Of a stretch of 64,000 nt of DNA, positions 20,559 through 31,428 are shown in pieces. Below the pieces are notes generated by a model, which saw only the letters and a program-made list of their open reading frames with translations, had not been told where the DNA came from and ran no database searches. Every line of letters starts with the position of its first letter. Position 1 is the stretch's first letter. Both the position numbers and the translations under genes were made by a program. The stretch comes from Candidatus Poribacteria bacterium (GTDB lineage: Bacteria > Poribacteria > WGA-4E > WGA-3G): positions 128,001 through 192,000 of the forward strand of contig OZ219753.1 of the NCBI GenBank assembly GCA_964291315.2. Reading direction: 5' to 3'.

Positions 20559-20918
20559 TATGTTACAATCTCCTTTATTATTGTTAAGTTAAACATAGAT
20601 CAGATAAGAATGGAATCTAGGGATGCCAGGTCCATTCTTTCTTTTCACGAAATCAACTTTATGCTGAGGAACCCCCAGCTCTCGTATGTTAATGTGTCTT
20701 CAGGGCAGCGCCATCTTCTACGGCAGTGCCAAAAGGTTTCTAATATGATATAATAATATATGTAACGCAAAAATCTAACAAAGAATAACAAGATCTTTTG
20801 TTATAGGCGAATGTATAACGCCTTCATCTGTCTGATTGATGTAAGTGGCGATAATAACGTTAACGAAACCCATCAAGTTTACCTCAAGGATTATCTTTTT
20901 ATCACATTTTCTATTTTA

Positions 20919-20947
20919 ATTATATCTTAAACTGTTATACATGTCAA
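20919..20947 (-). promoter_or_regulatory. Consensus sigma70 promoter for the LTD gene
   Basis: TTGACA-N17-TATAAT, about 360 nt upstream of the start codon. Confidence 0.7.
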
Positions 20948-21207
20948 CTTTTTTAGGAAAAAATCAAGCATATCCCATTAATATACATATGAGCATATAG
21001 ATAATAGACAGACTTTATGCAGATAGATTTATTTCTTAAAACCAACGTGATTTAACATGATTTTTAAACTGTGCCATACATTTCTCTGAGTGAGTGTTGG
21101 AATAGGTTAGATTAAAATCGCGACATATGATACAATCTGTTATACAGATATTCCTAAATTTCGATCTGAGCAACGTTATCTATATAATGTGAGCTTGATA
21201 AATAATA

Positions 21208-21960
21208 ATGAGACCGATGCACAGAAAACTTTGTATTTTAGCCTGTCTTATAGGTGTTACCTTTTCATTAGATTGTATCACAATTGCACGAGACGTTCAA
21301 CGGCCGGTAAGCACGCGTTATAAACAGCGCTCTGCGAGTAGAGACGGTATCGGTAAGTTCTACATGGGCCGTGAGATCTCGCGCGTGATGGGGCATCAAG
21401 GTTCAGAGTGGCTGGAACGTCCTGAGCGTGAACGTGAAGAGATGCCGAGCCTGCTTGTCAACTTGTTGAGGTTTAAAGAGGGTGATGTCGTGGCGGACAT
21501 TGGTGTCGGGACAGGTTACATCGCTCGGCGTATTGCCTCGAAAATTGGTGTCACGGGTACTGTCTACGGGGTCGACATTCAACAGGAGATGCTCGACTTA
21601 CTTTCTGAAAAGATGGCGGAGGCGGGTGTCCTGAATGTTAAAGGTGTGTTAGGAACTATCACGGACCCGAAATTGCCGCCGGAATCGGTGGATTTAGCAA
21701 TTATGGTGGATGTCTATCATGAGTTTTCGCATCCGTATGAGATGCTGCAGAATATCTGTCGTGCCCTCAAACCGGGCGGCAGGCTTGTGTTTGTTGAATA
21801 CCGGGCGGAGGACCCGAAGATCCCGATCAAACGTCTGCACAAAATGAGTGAGTTGCAAGTAATTAAAGAGGCGACACCGCATCCACTTGTTTGGGTAGAA
21901 ACCTTCACGGACTTGCCGTGGCAGCATGTTATTGTTTTTCAGAAGATTGCAGCGGAGTAG
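21208..21960 (+). CDS. Class I SAM-dependent methyltransferase with an N-terminal signal or anchor
   Basis: DGIGKFYMGREI, VADIGVGTG, VYGVDIQ, DVYHEF, LKPGGRLV. Confidence 0.88.
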   Translation: MRPMHRKLCILACLIGVTFSLDCITIARDVQRPVSTRYKQRSASRDGIGKFYMGREISRVMGHQGSEWLERPEREREEMPSLLVNLLRFKEGDVVADIGVGTGYIARRIASKIGVTGTVYGVDIQQEMLDLLSEKMAEAGVLNVKGVLGTITDPKLPPESVDLAIMVDVYHEFSHPYEMLQNICRALKPGGRLVFVEYRAEDPKIPIKRLHKMSELQVIKEATPHPLVWVETFTDLPWQHVIVFQKIAAE

Positions 21961-22000
21961 GTTTTTCTACATCGGTTGACGGCAATGGGGTTGAAAATAT

Positions 22001-22029
22001 TTGACAAAAAAGCGACTGCACCGTAAAAT
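22001..22029 (+). promoter_or_regulatory. Sigma70 promoter for the PSD1-DUF1501 genes
   Basis: TTGACA-N17-TAAAAT. Confidence 0.65.
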
Positions 22030-22157
22030 TACTGCTAAGTCTGTTGTAAGAAACATATTAAGGCGTTAAGTACTGCCAAATTGCGGTTCACGCTTTTCTG
22101 TCTGGGAAACTACTTGAAAGTTGCGTTCTATCCAAACGCTGAAAAGGGAGATAATTT

Positions 22158-25100
22158 GTGAAAACTGCTAACAATATAATTCCACTGACGGTTATGCTGG
22201 TGTGTTTTTGCAGCGCTGTCTTGGAATTTTCCGCAGTAGCTGCGGCAGAAGGCGGGGCTCCACCAGCGCCGGTTAATTACAACTTGGATGTCCGACCTAT
22301 TCTTGCGGATAACTGCTTTGCCTGCCACGGTCCAGACGCGAAGGCTCGGCAAGCTGACTTTAGACTAGATACAAAAGCAGGTGCTTTCTCTGAGCCGAGC
22401 GGGTATCCAGTAATCGTTCCGGGTAAACCGGAAGAGAGTGAGCTCTACCTCCGCATTGCATCGGATGATGTTCATCGTCGCATGCCTCCATCAGATTTCA
22501 ATAAGACGTTGACGCCGGCACAAATTGAGACTGTTACCGAATGGATTCGCGAAGGAGCGAAATGGGAAGAACATTGGTCGTTTACCCCGTTAGTCCGTCC
22601 CATTCCACCTGATGTTAATAACGAGGACTGGGTCCGGAATCCGATTGATGCGTTCATACTTTCACGTCTTGAGAAAGAAGGGTTGAGTCCGGCGAAGGGA
22701 GCCGATAAACGGACGCTCATCCGCCGCCTCAGTTTCGATCTCACTGGCTTACCCCCGACACGGTCAGAAGTCCATCGGTTCCTTGATGACGATTCGCCAG
22801 ATGCTTACGAGAAACTTATTGAGACGTTTATGGCAAAGCCTGCGTACGGTGAGCATCTCGCGCGGTTTTGGCTCGATGTTGCACGCTACGGCGATACGCA
22901 TGGACTCCATTTGGATAACTACCGTGAGATGTGGCCCTACCGCGATTGGGTGATCGAGGCGTTCAATAAAAATATGCCGTTTGACCAATTTACGATTGAG
23001 CAGCTGGCAGGTGATCTCTTGCCAGAGCCGACGCTTGAGCAGCGTATCGCCACGGGTTTCAATCGGTGCCATGTCACGACAAGCGAAGGCGGCTCTATTG
23101 ACGAAGAGTACTATGTCCGATACGCTATAGACAGAGCCGATACGACTTCCACTGTTTGGATGGGGTTAACCGCGGGATGCGCACAGTGTCATGATCACAA
23201 ATATGACCCGATTACGCAGAAGGAATTCTATCAGCTCTACGCCTACTTCAATAACATCACCGAAAAGGCCATGGATGGGAACCGCAAGGATTCTCCGCCT
23301 GTTGTGAAGCTGCCGACTCCGGAGCAGGAAGCCGAGCTCGCCGCATTTGCTGAGAAAATTGCGGCGTTAGACGCGCAGACGAAAGCCCCTATGCCCGAAA
23401 TTGACGCGGCGCAGATCGCTTGGGAAAATAGAATGCCCCGCTGGATGACGCTGGAGCCGACTTCCGTTTACGCTAAGGGCGGGGCGACCTTGGAAGTCTT
23501 GGAAAATAACGCGATCTTAGCTAGCGGCACCAACCCGGAACAGGAAATTTACGAGGTTATAGCGGAACTGCCACCTGGCAAGTGGAGTGCTGTCCGTTTG
23601 GAAGGCCTTACACACGAATCCTTGCCGAAGGGCGGGGTCGGAAGAAGCGATAACAGCAACGTGGTTTTAACCGATTTCGCGCTCTTCATCGCCCCGTCTG
23701 AAACAGGGATCCGCTCTGATAATGAGGCTAAAATTGAGACACAGGCAGAAAGTGAAACTGGGGTTGATATTGATATCGATGCTAAAGTCAAACTAGAAAG
23801 CACGCGAACAAGCGAAACCGGTACGGAAAATGAAGGGGAAGGTCGGTGGACGCGTATACCGATAGTGCAAGCCTGGGCAGACCATGAACAAGCGCTTGGT
23901 GAGGAGAGACGTGATGGTATTGTTGCAAATGCGATTGACGACAAGCCCGAAACAGGGTGGGCGCTTGACAGAAAGATCGAAAATCGACAAGCCATTTTCC
24001 TTGCGGCTGCACCGTTTGGCATAGAAGGCGGTAAGTTAAAAATTCGTCTCAAGCATGAGTACGACTTGCGGCAGAAGCAGCTGGGCCACTTCCGACTTGC
24101 ACTTACCGATGCCCCGACTATCTATCCGATCGGTTCCAAAATTACATTAGGCGATTGGCACGCCGCTGGGCCATTCCCGGCAGAACACGGGAACCTCGCT
24201 TTCTATCATGTCTATGAACCTGAAACGAAGAGCGTCAACACGAACGATAATTTTGAGGTGAACGGTAAAACCCTCAAATGGGAGAAGCAGACACATTGGG
24301 TTGACGGACAGGTGCATAACGACATCGTTGGTGAGAACAGCGCGACTTACGTTTTTCGAAACATCACCTCTGGTACGCAGCAGCGGGCGCAGTTACATAT
24401 CGGTAGTAACGATGCCCTTAAGGTTTGGATGAATCGGACTGAGATCCTTTCGAGAAACGTTCAACGGGATGTTGGATCGGATCAGGAGCAAATCCAGGTA
24501 CAACTCAAACCCGGTAACAATACGTTGCTTCTGAAAGTTGTTAACTATTCAGGGGTGTCTGGTTTCTATTTTCGTATCGAAACCGACGCGCCGATGGTAC
24601 CTGCAGACGTTGTTGAAGTAGCGGGTATGCCGCGCGGCGAACGCGAGCCTGAGGCACAGGCTCGAATTCGGGATTACTATCGGAACAACGGTGCACCCGA
24701 GGAAACTGTCAATGAAAACACGCATCGCGCATTTGCCGATTTGAAAGCACTTTTTGCTGATTTAGCAGAGGCCCGGCGGAAACGGAATACGCTGGACGCT
24801 TCGTTAACGACAACGCTTGTGATGCAGGAGCGAGAAGAACCGAGAGGTGCTTATGTCTTAGCGCGAGGTGAGTATCAGAATCGGGGAGAACAGGTTTATC
24901 CACAAACTCCTTCTATACTGCCTCCGCCCCCGGAGGATGCTCCGGTAAACCGTCTCGGTTTCGCGAAGTGGCTTCTGTTACCAGAACATCCGCTGACTGC
25001 TCGCGTCGCGATTAACCGGTTCTGGCAAGATGTCTTTGGAGTTGGTATTGTGGAGACATCAGAGGATTTTGGTACGCAAGGTACGCCCCCGGTGCATCCA

Positions 25101-25901
25101 GAACTCCTCGATTGGCTTGCAACTGAATTTGTTGTCTCCGGGTGGGATGTACAAAAGATGCTGAAATTGATGCTCACCTCAGCGACCTATCGACAGCGTA
25201 CCCGGGTTACGCCCGAAAAATTGGAACGTGATGCGGATAACGTTCTTCTCTCGCGCGGTCCAAGATACCGGCTTGATGCTGAAATGGTGCGTGATAACGC
25301 ACTCGCTGTCAGTGGTTTGTTATATACCAAGGTTGGGGGCCCCAGCGTCAAACCGCCACAACCGGAAGGAATCTGGAAAGCTGTCGGTTTCACTGGATCG
25401 AATACCGACACATTCGTTCAGGACATCGGGCCCGACAAAGTTTATCGTCGAAGTCTTTATACCTTCTGGAAACGCACTGCCCCGCCGCCACAGATGAATA
25501 TTTTGGATGCTCCGTCCCGTGAAGCTTGCACAATCCGCCGGGAACGCACGAATACGCCGATGCAGGCGTTAATGTTGATGAACGATCCACAATTCTTTGA
25601 AGCAGCGCGTGCTTTTGGAGAACGTGCGATCAAAGAAGGTGGGGAGACCCCCAAGTCCCGCATTGTCTATCTCTTTGAGACTGCAACTGCTCGATTACCG
25701 AAGCCGGTTGAAGTGGAGCTAATACTAAAGACATTCCACGCGCATTATCAGGAGTTAAAGGCTGATCCTGAAGCGGCAAATGCCCTGATTGCTATCGGTG
25801 AATCAACACCTGATGAAGCCTTAGACGCGGTCGAAGTTGCTGCATGGACAATGATCGCAAATCTTATTCTCAATCTGGATGAAGTCCTGAATAAAGGGTA
25901 G
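22158..25901 (+). CDS. Planctomycete cytochrome c / DUF1549 / DUF1553 (PSD1) domain protein
   Basis: CFACHGPD and [11 protein letters not shown] heme motifs; [40 protein letters not shown]. Confidence 0.92.
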   Translation: MKTANNIIPLTVMLVCFCSAVLEFSAVAAAEGGAPPAPVNYNLDVRPILADNCFACHGPDAKARQADFRLDTKAGAFSEPSGYPVIVPGKPEESELYLRIASDDVHRRMPPSDFNKTLTPAQIETVTEWIREGAKWEEHWSFTPLVRPIPPDVNNEDWVRNPIDAFILSRLEKEGLSPAKGADKRTLIRRLSFDLTGLPPTRSEVHRFLDDDSPDAYEKLIETFMAKPAYGEHLARFWLDVARYGDTHGLHLDNYREMWPYRDWVIEAFNKNMPFDQFTIEQLAGDLLPEPTLEQRIATGFNRCHVTTSEGGSIDEEYYVRYAIDRADTTSTVWMGLTAGCAQCHDHKYDPITQKEFYQLYAYFNNITEKAMDGNRKDSPPVVKLPTPEQEAELAAFAEKIAALDAQTKAPMPEIDAAQIAWENRMPRWMTLEPTSVYAKGGATLEVLENNAILASGTNPEQEIYEVIAELPPGKWSAVRLEGLTHESLPKGGVGRSDNSNVVLTDFALFIAPSETGIRSDNEAKIETQAESETGVDIDIDAKVKLESTRTSETGTENEGEGRWTRIPIVQAWADHEQALGEERRDGIVANAIDDKPETGWALDRKIENRQAIFLAAAPFGIEGGKLKIRLKHEYDLRQKQLGHFRLALTDAPTIYPIGSKITLGDWHAAGPFPAEHGNLAFYHVYEPETKSVNTNDNFEVNGKTLKWEKQTHWVDGQVHNDIVGENSATYVFRNITSGTQQRAQLHIGSNDALKVWMNRTEILSRNVQRDVGSDQEQIQVQLKPGNNTLLLKVVNYSGVSGFYFRIETDAPMVPADVVEVAGMPRGEREPEAQARIRDYYRNNGAPEETVNENTHRAFADLKALFADLAEARRKRNTLDASLTTTLVMQEREEPRGAYVLARGEYQNRGEQVYPQTPSILPPPPEDAPVNRLGFAKWLLLPEHPLTARVAINRFWQDVFGVGIVETSEDFGTQGTPPVHPELLDWLATEFVVSGWDVQKMLKLMLTSATYRQRTRVTPEKLERDADNVLLSRGPRYRLDAEMVRDNALAVSGLLYTKVGGPSVKPPQPEGIWKAVGFTGSNTDTFVQDIGPDKVYRRSLYTFWKRTAPPPQMNILDAPSREACTIRRERTNTPMQALMLMNDPQFFEAARAFGERAIKEGGETPKSRIVYLFETATARLPKPVEVELILKTFHAHYQELKADPEAANALIAIGESTPDEALDAVEVAAWTMIANLILNLDEVLNKG

Positions 25902-25906
25902 GTGTT

Positions 25907-26037
25907 TGTCAGTTGTCAGCTGTCGGTTAAGAGGGTTCCCCGCAACAATTTACTACTTTCTGGTGTCTCTAATTTCGAGGTGATTGGCACAAGATCATTT
26001 CTTAACTGAAAGAGAGCGGATGACTGATAGTTGATGC
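25907..26037 (+). repeat. Heptamer-armed intergenic inverted repeat
   Basis: Left arm TGTCAGT-TGTCAGC-TGTCGGT-TAAGAG; right arm TCTTAACTGA...ACTGATAGTTGAT. Arms pair with G-U allowed. Confidence 0.55.
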
Positions 26038-26060
26038 CTATTAAGCAAGGAGTTTAAAGA

Positions 26061-27539
26061 ATGGATCCGATTAAAGAATATCTGAAACTTGAAACCCGTC
26101 GCCAGTTCTTTAGTAAGTGTGCGTCGGGACTAGGTGCAGCGGCACTCGCTTCCCTGATGCCGAATGCTGTTGTCAATGCCCTTGAAAGTCAAGCGGGCCA
26201 TGCGGTCGGAGGCTTACCGGAGTTACCGCACTTTGCCCCGAAGGCGAAACGTGCTATCTATCTCTTTATGTCTGGTGCGCCTTCTCAGCTCGACTTATAC
26301 GACTACAAACCGGGTATGGGTGCATGGTTTGATACTGACTTGCCCGAGTCTGTCCGGATGGGGCAACGCCTCACTACGATGACTTCTGGGCAAGATAAAT
26401 TTCCGATTGCGCCCTCTATCTTTAAGTTCAAGAAGTACGACAATGGCGGTGAAGGCGTTTGGATTAGCGAGCTGCTGCCGCATACGGCATCTATGGTAAA
26501 GGACCTCTCGATTATCAAGACGGTACACACGGAGGCGATTAATCACGATCCCGCGATTACTTTCTTCTGTACCGGAGATGAGAGTCCCGGAAAACCGAGT
26601 CTCGGTGCATGGCTGAGTTATGGGTTGGGCAGTGAAAATAGGAACTTGCCTTCGTTTATTGTAATGAACGCGACGTGGAGTGGGCCAAAGGGGGCGCAGG
26701 CGCTCTACAATCGACTTTGGGGATCTGGTTTTCTTCCTTCAGAACATCAAGGCGTGCTGCTCCGGAGTCAAGGAGATCCTGTCCTATTTCTCTCGAATCC
26801 GGAAGGTGTCAGTGAGCAGACAAGGAAACAGATGTTGGATACCCTTGTTGAGCTGAACACTGAGCTCTACAAAGAGGTTGGTGATCCGGAAACGCATGCG
26901 CGGATTTCTCAATATGAGATGGCGTTTCGTATGCAGACGAGTGTCCCTGAACTTACGGATCTCTCGAAAGAGCCTGACCACGTTTTGGAAATGTACGGTC
27001 CTGAGGTCAAGGTTCCTGGTACGTTTGCTAATTGCTGTATCCTGTCCCGTCGCATGATGGAGCGCGATGTGCGCTTTGTGCAAATTTTCCACCGTGGCTG
27101 GGATCAGCACGGAGATCTTCCAAAGAACATCCGCAACCAGGCGCGTGATATTGATCAACCCTCAACTGCACTTGTCCAAGATCTCAAACAACGCGGCATG
27201 CTTGACGAAACCTTAGTCGTTTGGGGTGGCGAGTTTGGACGGACTGTGTATTGCCAAGGGAAACTCAGCCCTGATAACTACGGGCGCGACCATCATCCGA
27301 AATGTTTTACACGCTGGATGGCTGGCGGCGGGATAAAAGGCGGTGTCATCCATGGGGAGACGGATGACTTTAGTTACAATATTGTCAGGGATCCTGTGCA
27401 TGTTCGGGACATAAACGCTACTATTCTTCATCAACTCGGCATTGATCATGAGCGGTTAACCTTTAAATTCCAAGGGCTTGACCATCGCTTGACAGGTGTC
27501 GAAGAAAAAGCACGGATCATTAGTGAGGTTTTGGCGTAA
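26061..27539 (+). CDS. DUF1501 (sulfatase-like) protein with a Tat signal
   Basis: [44 protein letters not shown]. Canonical partner of PSD1 proteins. Confidence 0.92.
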   Translation: MDPIKEYLKLETRRQFFSKCASGLGAAALASLMPNAVVNALESQAGHAVGGLPELPHFAPKAKRAIYLFMSGAPSQLDLYDYKPGMGAWFDTDLPESVRMGQRLTTMTSGQDKFPIAPSIFKFKKYDNGGEGVWISELLPHTASMVKDLSIIKTVHTEAINHDPAITFFCTGDESPGKPSLGAWLSYGLGSENRNLPSFIVMNATWSGPKGAQALYNRLWGSGFLPSEHQGVLLRSQGDPVLFLSNPEGVSEQTRKQMLDTLVELNTELYKEVGDPETHARISQYEMAFRMQTSVPELTDLSKEPDHVLEMYGPEVKVPGTFANCCILSRRMMERDVRFVQIFHRGWDQHGDLPKNIRNQARDIDQPSTALVQDLKQRGMLDETLVVWGGEFGRTVYCQGKLSPDNYGRDHHPKCFTRWMAGGGIKGGVIHGETDDFSYNIVRDPVHVRDINATILHQLGIDHERLTFKFQGLDHRLTGVEEKARIISEVLA

Positions 27540-27630
27540 CCGGTAGGCACAAAAGATTTGGGATTTTCTCAGCACGGTGTCACTAGCGCCCGCTTGTCGT
27601 TCTTTTACAAGGATTTTGAAAGAGAAGCAG

Positions 27631-28788
27631 ATGTACGAAAAGCATGGTGAAATAATTAGTGCACAAACTTTCCTTGAAGCGTTACAGTACGAGGTCGGGC
27701 ATGTAGCCCTTACAAATTGTACCATCGAAGGTGTCGTTGACATGTTTTCTACGGAGCTAGAACGCGACGAACATGACAGGATTCTTCTTGAAAAGCCGCT
27801 CACATGCATCGGATGTACATTTAAGGATATTGTCAATTTCCGGAGAGTCGTTTTTCAACAAGATGTAGATTTTCGGCGTACGATTTTCGAGGGAATTCTT
27901 GATTTAGATGAATCTGTCTTACACGGCCCCTGTGCATTCCGTGAAGCTACCTTTCAGAGTCGGGCTGATTTTCATAGTGCTATGTTCTGTAGAAGTGCAA
28001 GTTTTTGGCGAGCAAGATTTAACAATGTTGCTGATTTCCATGCCGTTCAATTCCGGGAGAACGCAGTTTTCAACGAGGCAGACTTCCATAATGAAGTTAA
28101 TTTCCGTCGCGTGCTGTTTCAAGGCACCCTTGATTTTAGAGGCACACTGTTTCCGGAAGTCACTGCCTTTAATAACGCTACATTTCTGGGACATGCCAAC
28201 TTTACTGGTGCACGGTTCATTTCTGTTGCTACATTTCAGAAAGTTCAATATGTTCCAGACACACTTTTTCAGGCAGTGAAAGCGAAGCTCAGCAGAGAAC
28301 AACATCATCCGACACAATTCTATTTGGATAGCCAGCAGATAGACGAATCGGCGAACCCTTTTTTTAAGCGTTATGTTGCTGACCAGCAGTTCATCCGCGC
28401 TTTCAATCAGGTGAATCCTATACTGGCATGCTTATGGCGATGGAGTTCAGATTATGGGCGGAGTCTCGGGCTTTGGGCGCTTTGGTCGATGTTTTTTGCC
28501 CTGCTTTTTACCGTTGCTTATATGCCGCTTCCAGGCTGGTCACCGACTTGGCTGCAGAACTTTGCACCACAGTTCCATCAGACCACTGGTGCGTATAGTG
28601 GCGAGCCCTTGACTTTTTGGAATTGCTTCTACTTCAGTATCGTCACCTTTACGACGCTCGGCTTCGGAGATATCGTTGCAGACAACGCCACTGCCCGCTG
28701 CCTCGTTACGTTGGAAGTGGTTTTTGGGTATGTGATGTTGGGTGGGTTGATTAGTATTTTTTCAAACAAATTAGCGAGTCGAGCCTAA
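27631..28788 (+). CDS. Pentapeptide-repeat protein fused to a two-TM potassium-channel domain
   Basis: Repeating AxFxxxxF units, then a TM helix, pore YFSIVTFTTLGFGD, and a second TM helix. Confidence 0.85.
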   Translation: MYEKHGEIISAQTFLEALQYEVGHVALTNCTIEGVVDMFSTELERDEHDRILLEKPLTCIGCTFKDIVNFRRVVFQQDVDFRRTIFEGILDLDESVLHGPCAFREATFQSRADFHSAMFCRSASFWRARFNNVADFHAVQFRENAVFNEADFHNEVNFRRVLFQGTLDFRGTLFPEVTAFNNATFLGHANFTGARFISVATFQKVQYVPDTLFQAVKAKLSREQHHPTQFYLDSQQIDESANPFFKRYVADQQFIRAFNQVNPILACLWRWSSDYGRSLGLWALWSMFFALLFTVAYMPLPGWSPTWLQNFAPQFHQTTGAYSGEPLTFWNCFYFSIVTFTTLGFGDIVADNATARCLVTLEVVFGYVMLGGLISIFSNKLASRA

Positions 28789-28806
28789 TCTGGTAGGAGG
28801 CTGTTT

Positions 28807-31233
28807 GTGCAAACAAAAACCTTAAACCCCTTTTCTGCTTTTACATTCATAATCCTCATCTTCATCTTTCTAAGCAGTGCGGCAGCACCACACGCTTCTA
28901 GTGCCGCTGATTCTGACTATTTCGATCACATCACACTGTTTTCTCGCGGTAGGGTTATCCGTTTCACACAGATGCCGATCCGGGTTTATATCTCGCCTGT
29001 TTTAAAAGAGAGTTTGTACTTACCTGAAATCCGATACGCTATGCGAGTGTGGCACCAAGCAAGTAACGGCAATATCCACTTCGAAGAGACAGATGTTCCT
29101 GAAGATGCTAACATCCGCGTGCGGTGGAGCTATACCGGTTTTCTAGCAGATTTTCAGGATACCAGACTCGGTAGTGCGGAGCTAACGTGCTTCAAAGATG
29201 GCCCCCAGATTGAAATCTCGCCTGATGAACCGAGCATTGGAGGTGTGGAAATTGTCGAAAATTCGGAAACTCAAACAGGTGATTCTGTCAGTTTTAGGGT
29301 GGAGGTTATCCTTATGTTGGACGGGGATGGGACTACTGGGGGGTTGTCTGCGGAAGAGATGCGAACAGTATGTCTCCATGAGTTTGGGCACGCCCTTGGA
29401 TTGTGGGGACACAGTCCACATCCGGGGGACATCAGCTATCCGACAGCAACGGCGCAGCAGCTGAGCGCTCGCGATATAGCTACGTTGAGAAAGCTCTATG
29501 ATACGCCGCTTAATACGGCTCAGCACGACATTACTATCAGCGTGCTAAAAAACGCAATTGAACAAAAGCCTTATGTTGATCTGAAAACATATCTTCGGAC
29601 ACACTATCTATTGGGAACGATCTATTTTGATAAAGGCGATGTACCGGCTGCAATTGCTACTTTCCAGGCCTGCTACGGGCTGAATCCGAATTTTCAGCCC
29701 GCTGTGGAAAAACTGGTCCAAATCTATCATGAAATCGGGGAAACGGATCAAGCGATAGCGCTTGTTGAGAGGCGGGTTGGTCAGAAACCGTCGGCAGCAG
29801 ATTATAATACGCTCGGTATCTTCTACCATGAGAAAAAAGATGTCGAGAAAGCGATACGGGCGTTTGAGCAGGTACTGCACATGGTGCCGTATCATAAAGC
29901 TGCCCGGCGAAATCTTCATCAACTTCTGAGGGTAAAGGGGCTCAAGGCGTTGGCAGCGAAAGACTTTCATACTGCTACTCCACTTTTTGAAAGAGCACTG
30001 CAGATGGCACCTCTCGATGCGCCGACATATCAACTGATGGGCAACGGGTATGCACAAGTTGAACGATTTGAAATTGCTATCGCCTACTATCAGAAGGCGA
30101 TTGACCTTAATCCTGTTGATCTGCTGACACAGCAAAACCTTGCACAATGCTATAATAACTACGGCGTGGCCCTGCGAAATCGTGAGAAATGGGATGCGGC
30201 AATTGAGGCGTATCGGCGTGCTTTGCAGTTGATGCCGACGCTCCATATTGCTCAAACAAACTTGAGTGATGCCTTCACCCGAAAAGCGAGGAAACATAGC
30301 GAGGCAGGGGAGTTAGACGCAGCGGTGCAGACGTATCTTGAATTACAGGAACTTCATCCAGGTGAGATGCATATTCACAATTTGATCGGGGAATTGTATC
30401 TGAAAAAAGGCGATTATGCAGAAGCATTGTCTACGTTCCGGCACGTTTATAACGATAATCCGAATGCTAATTACGCTTTGCACAATCTCATTGCAGCGTA
30501 TCATAACTACGCGCGAAGCCTCATCGATGCAGGGAATTATACAACAGCGATTGATCTACTTCAGAAGGCTCTCCGACATGCCCCTACCGATCTGAACTTA
30601 CGTTTGAGCTTAGTGAATGCGTATCAGAGTGCGGAAAACTATGAACATGCCACCGTTGAACTGTCGCGCATCTTAGCACAGGCCCCGGAAAATTTACAAG
30701 CAAAAGAGGAGCAAGTTAACCTGAGAATCCGACACGGAAATGCCCTTATGGGGCGACGAGAATACGCCGCTGCGTTGGTCGCGTTCGAGGCGATCCCTGA
30801 ATCCAAACGCGACATTAGGATCCACAACACCATCGGCTATCTTTGTCTTGTGCAAGGTGAACTAGAGAAAGCGCTTTCGGTTTTTGAGACTGTTCTCCAA
30901 AGAGATCCCCTTAACATGCCGGCATTCAGGAATCTGTTATCGTTGGAATCTCAACTCATCCGGCGGCGTTTCTATAAAATAAGAGGCCCTATTCTTGCTA
31001 AAACCCGGTGCACGCTTGCTATTACCTTGATGGATCGGAAGCGTCCGGATGCTGCTGTTCAGCGGTATCAACTCGCTTTGTCTTCTGTCAAAAAAAGAGT
31101 TAAATCTAATACTTTGGATACCGTCCTCATTGAAACCGGGAGGGAGCTTGCCAAACAGTTTCAACAACATGGTGACACCGAAAATCGAGAGAGGATCCTC
31201 CGGTGGGTCGAAGAACGCGCAAAAAAACGGTAA
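28807..31233 (+). CDS. Secreted matrixin-like zinc metalloprotease with a long TPR array
   Basis: Signal peptide, ANIRVRW, HEFGHALGLWGHS, and about a dozen TPR-like repeats (e.g. AIAYYQKAIDLNP, AIEAYRRALQLMP). Confidence 0.85.
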   Translation: MQTKTLNPFSAFTFIILIFIFLSSAAAPHASSAADSDYFDHITLFSRGRVIRFTQMPIRVYISPVLKESLYLPEIRYAMRVWHQASNGNIHFEETDVPEDANIRVRWSYTGFLADFQDTRLGSAELTCFKDGPQIEISPDEPSIGGVEIVENSETQTGDSVSFRVEVILMLDGDGTTGGLSAEEMRTVCLHEFGHALGLWGHSPHPGDISYPTATAQQLSARDIATLRKLYDTPLNTAQHDITISVLKNAIEQKPYVDLKTYLRTHYLLGTIYFDKGDVPAAIATFQACYGLNPNFQPAVEKLVQIYHEIGETDQAIALVERRVGQKPSAADYNTLGIFYHEKKDVEKAIRAFEQVLHMVPYHKAARRNLHQLLRVKGLKALAAKDFHTATPLFERALQMAPLDAPTYQLMGNGYAQVERFEIAIAYYQKAIDLNPVDLLTQQNLAQCYNNYGVALRNREKWDAAIEAYRRALQLMPTLHIAQTNLSDAFTRKARKHSEAGELDAAVQTYLELQELHPGEMHIHNLIGELYLKKGDYAEALSTFRHVYNDNPNANYALHNLIAAYHNYARSLIDAGNYTTAIDLLQKALRHAPTDLNLRLSLVNAYQSAENYEHATVELSRILAQAPENLQAKEEQVNLRIRHGNALMGRREYAAALVAFEAIPESKRDIRIHNTIGYLCLVQGELEKALSVFETVLQRDPLNMPAFRNLLSLESQLIRRRFYKIRGPILAKTRCTLAITLMDRKRPDAAVQRYQLALSSVKKRVKSNTLDTVLIETGRELAKQFQQHGDTENRERILRWVEERAKKR

Positions 31234-31352
31234 TTTCTCAGGGCGTTGGTAGGTGGACTCCGAAGTCGAGTCATCTTGGAAAGACCGCTTTACGGTAGGT
31301 TTTGGAATGGCTTAGACATGGTGCCTGGCGCGATTAGGAACCGCGACTCCTA

Positions 31353-31383
31353 GAAAGGAAAGGTCGGACATTTCTGCCCGACC
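31353..31383 (-). terminator. Intrinsic terminator for 31429..31926
   Basis: GGTCGGGCA-GAAA-TGTCCGACC followed by TTTCCTTTC. Confidence 0.75.
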
Positions 31384-31428
31384 GGGAAGATCCTAGCGAA
31401 TGAGCTCCGCAGTTTCTATTGTGCAGTA

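Noticed and set aside
29608-30297. 229-aa antisense ORF
   Set aside because: Shadow frame of the TPR gene, with no motif or SD.
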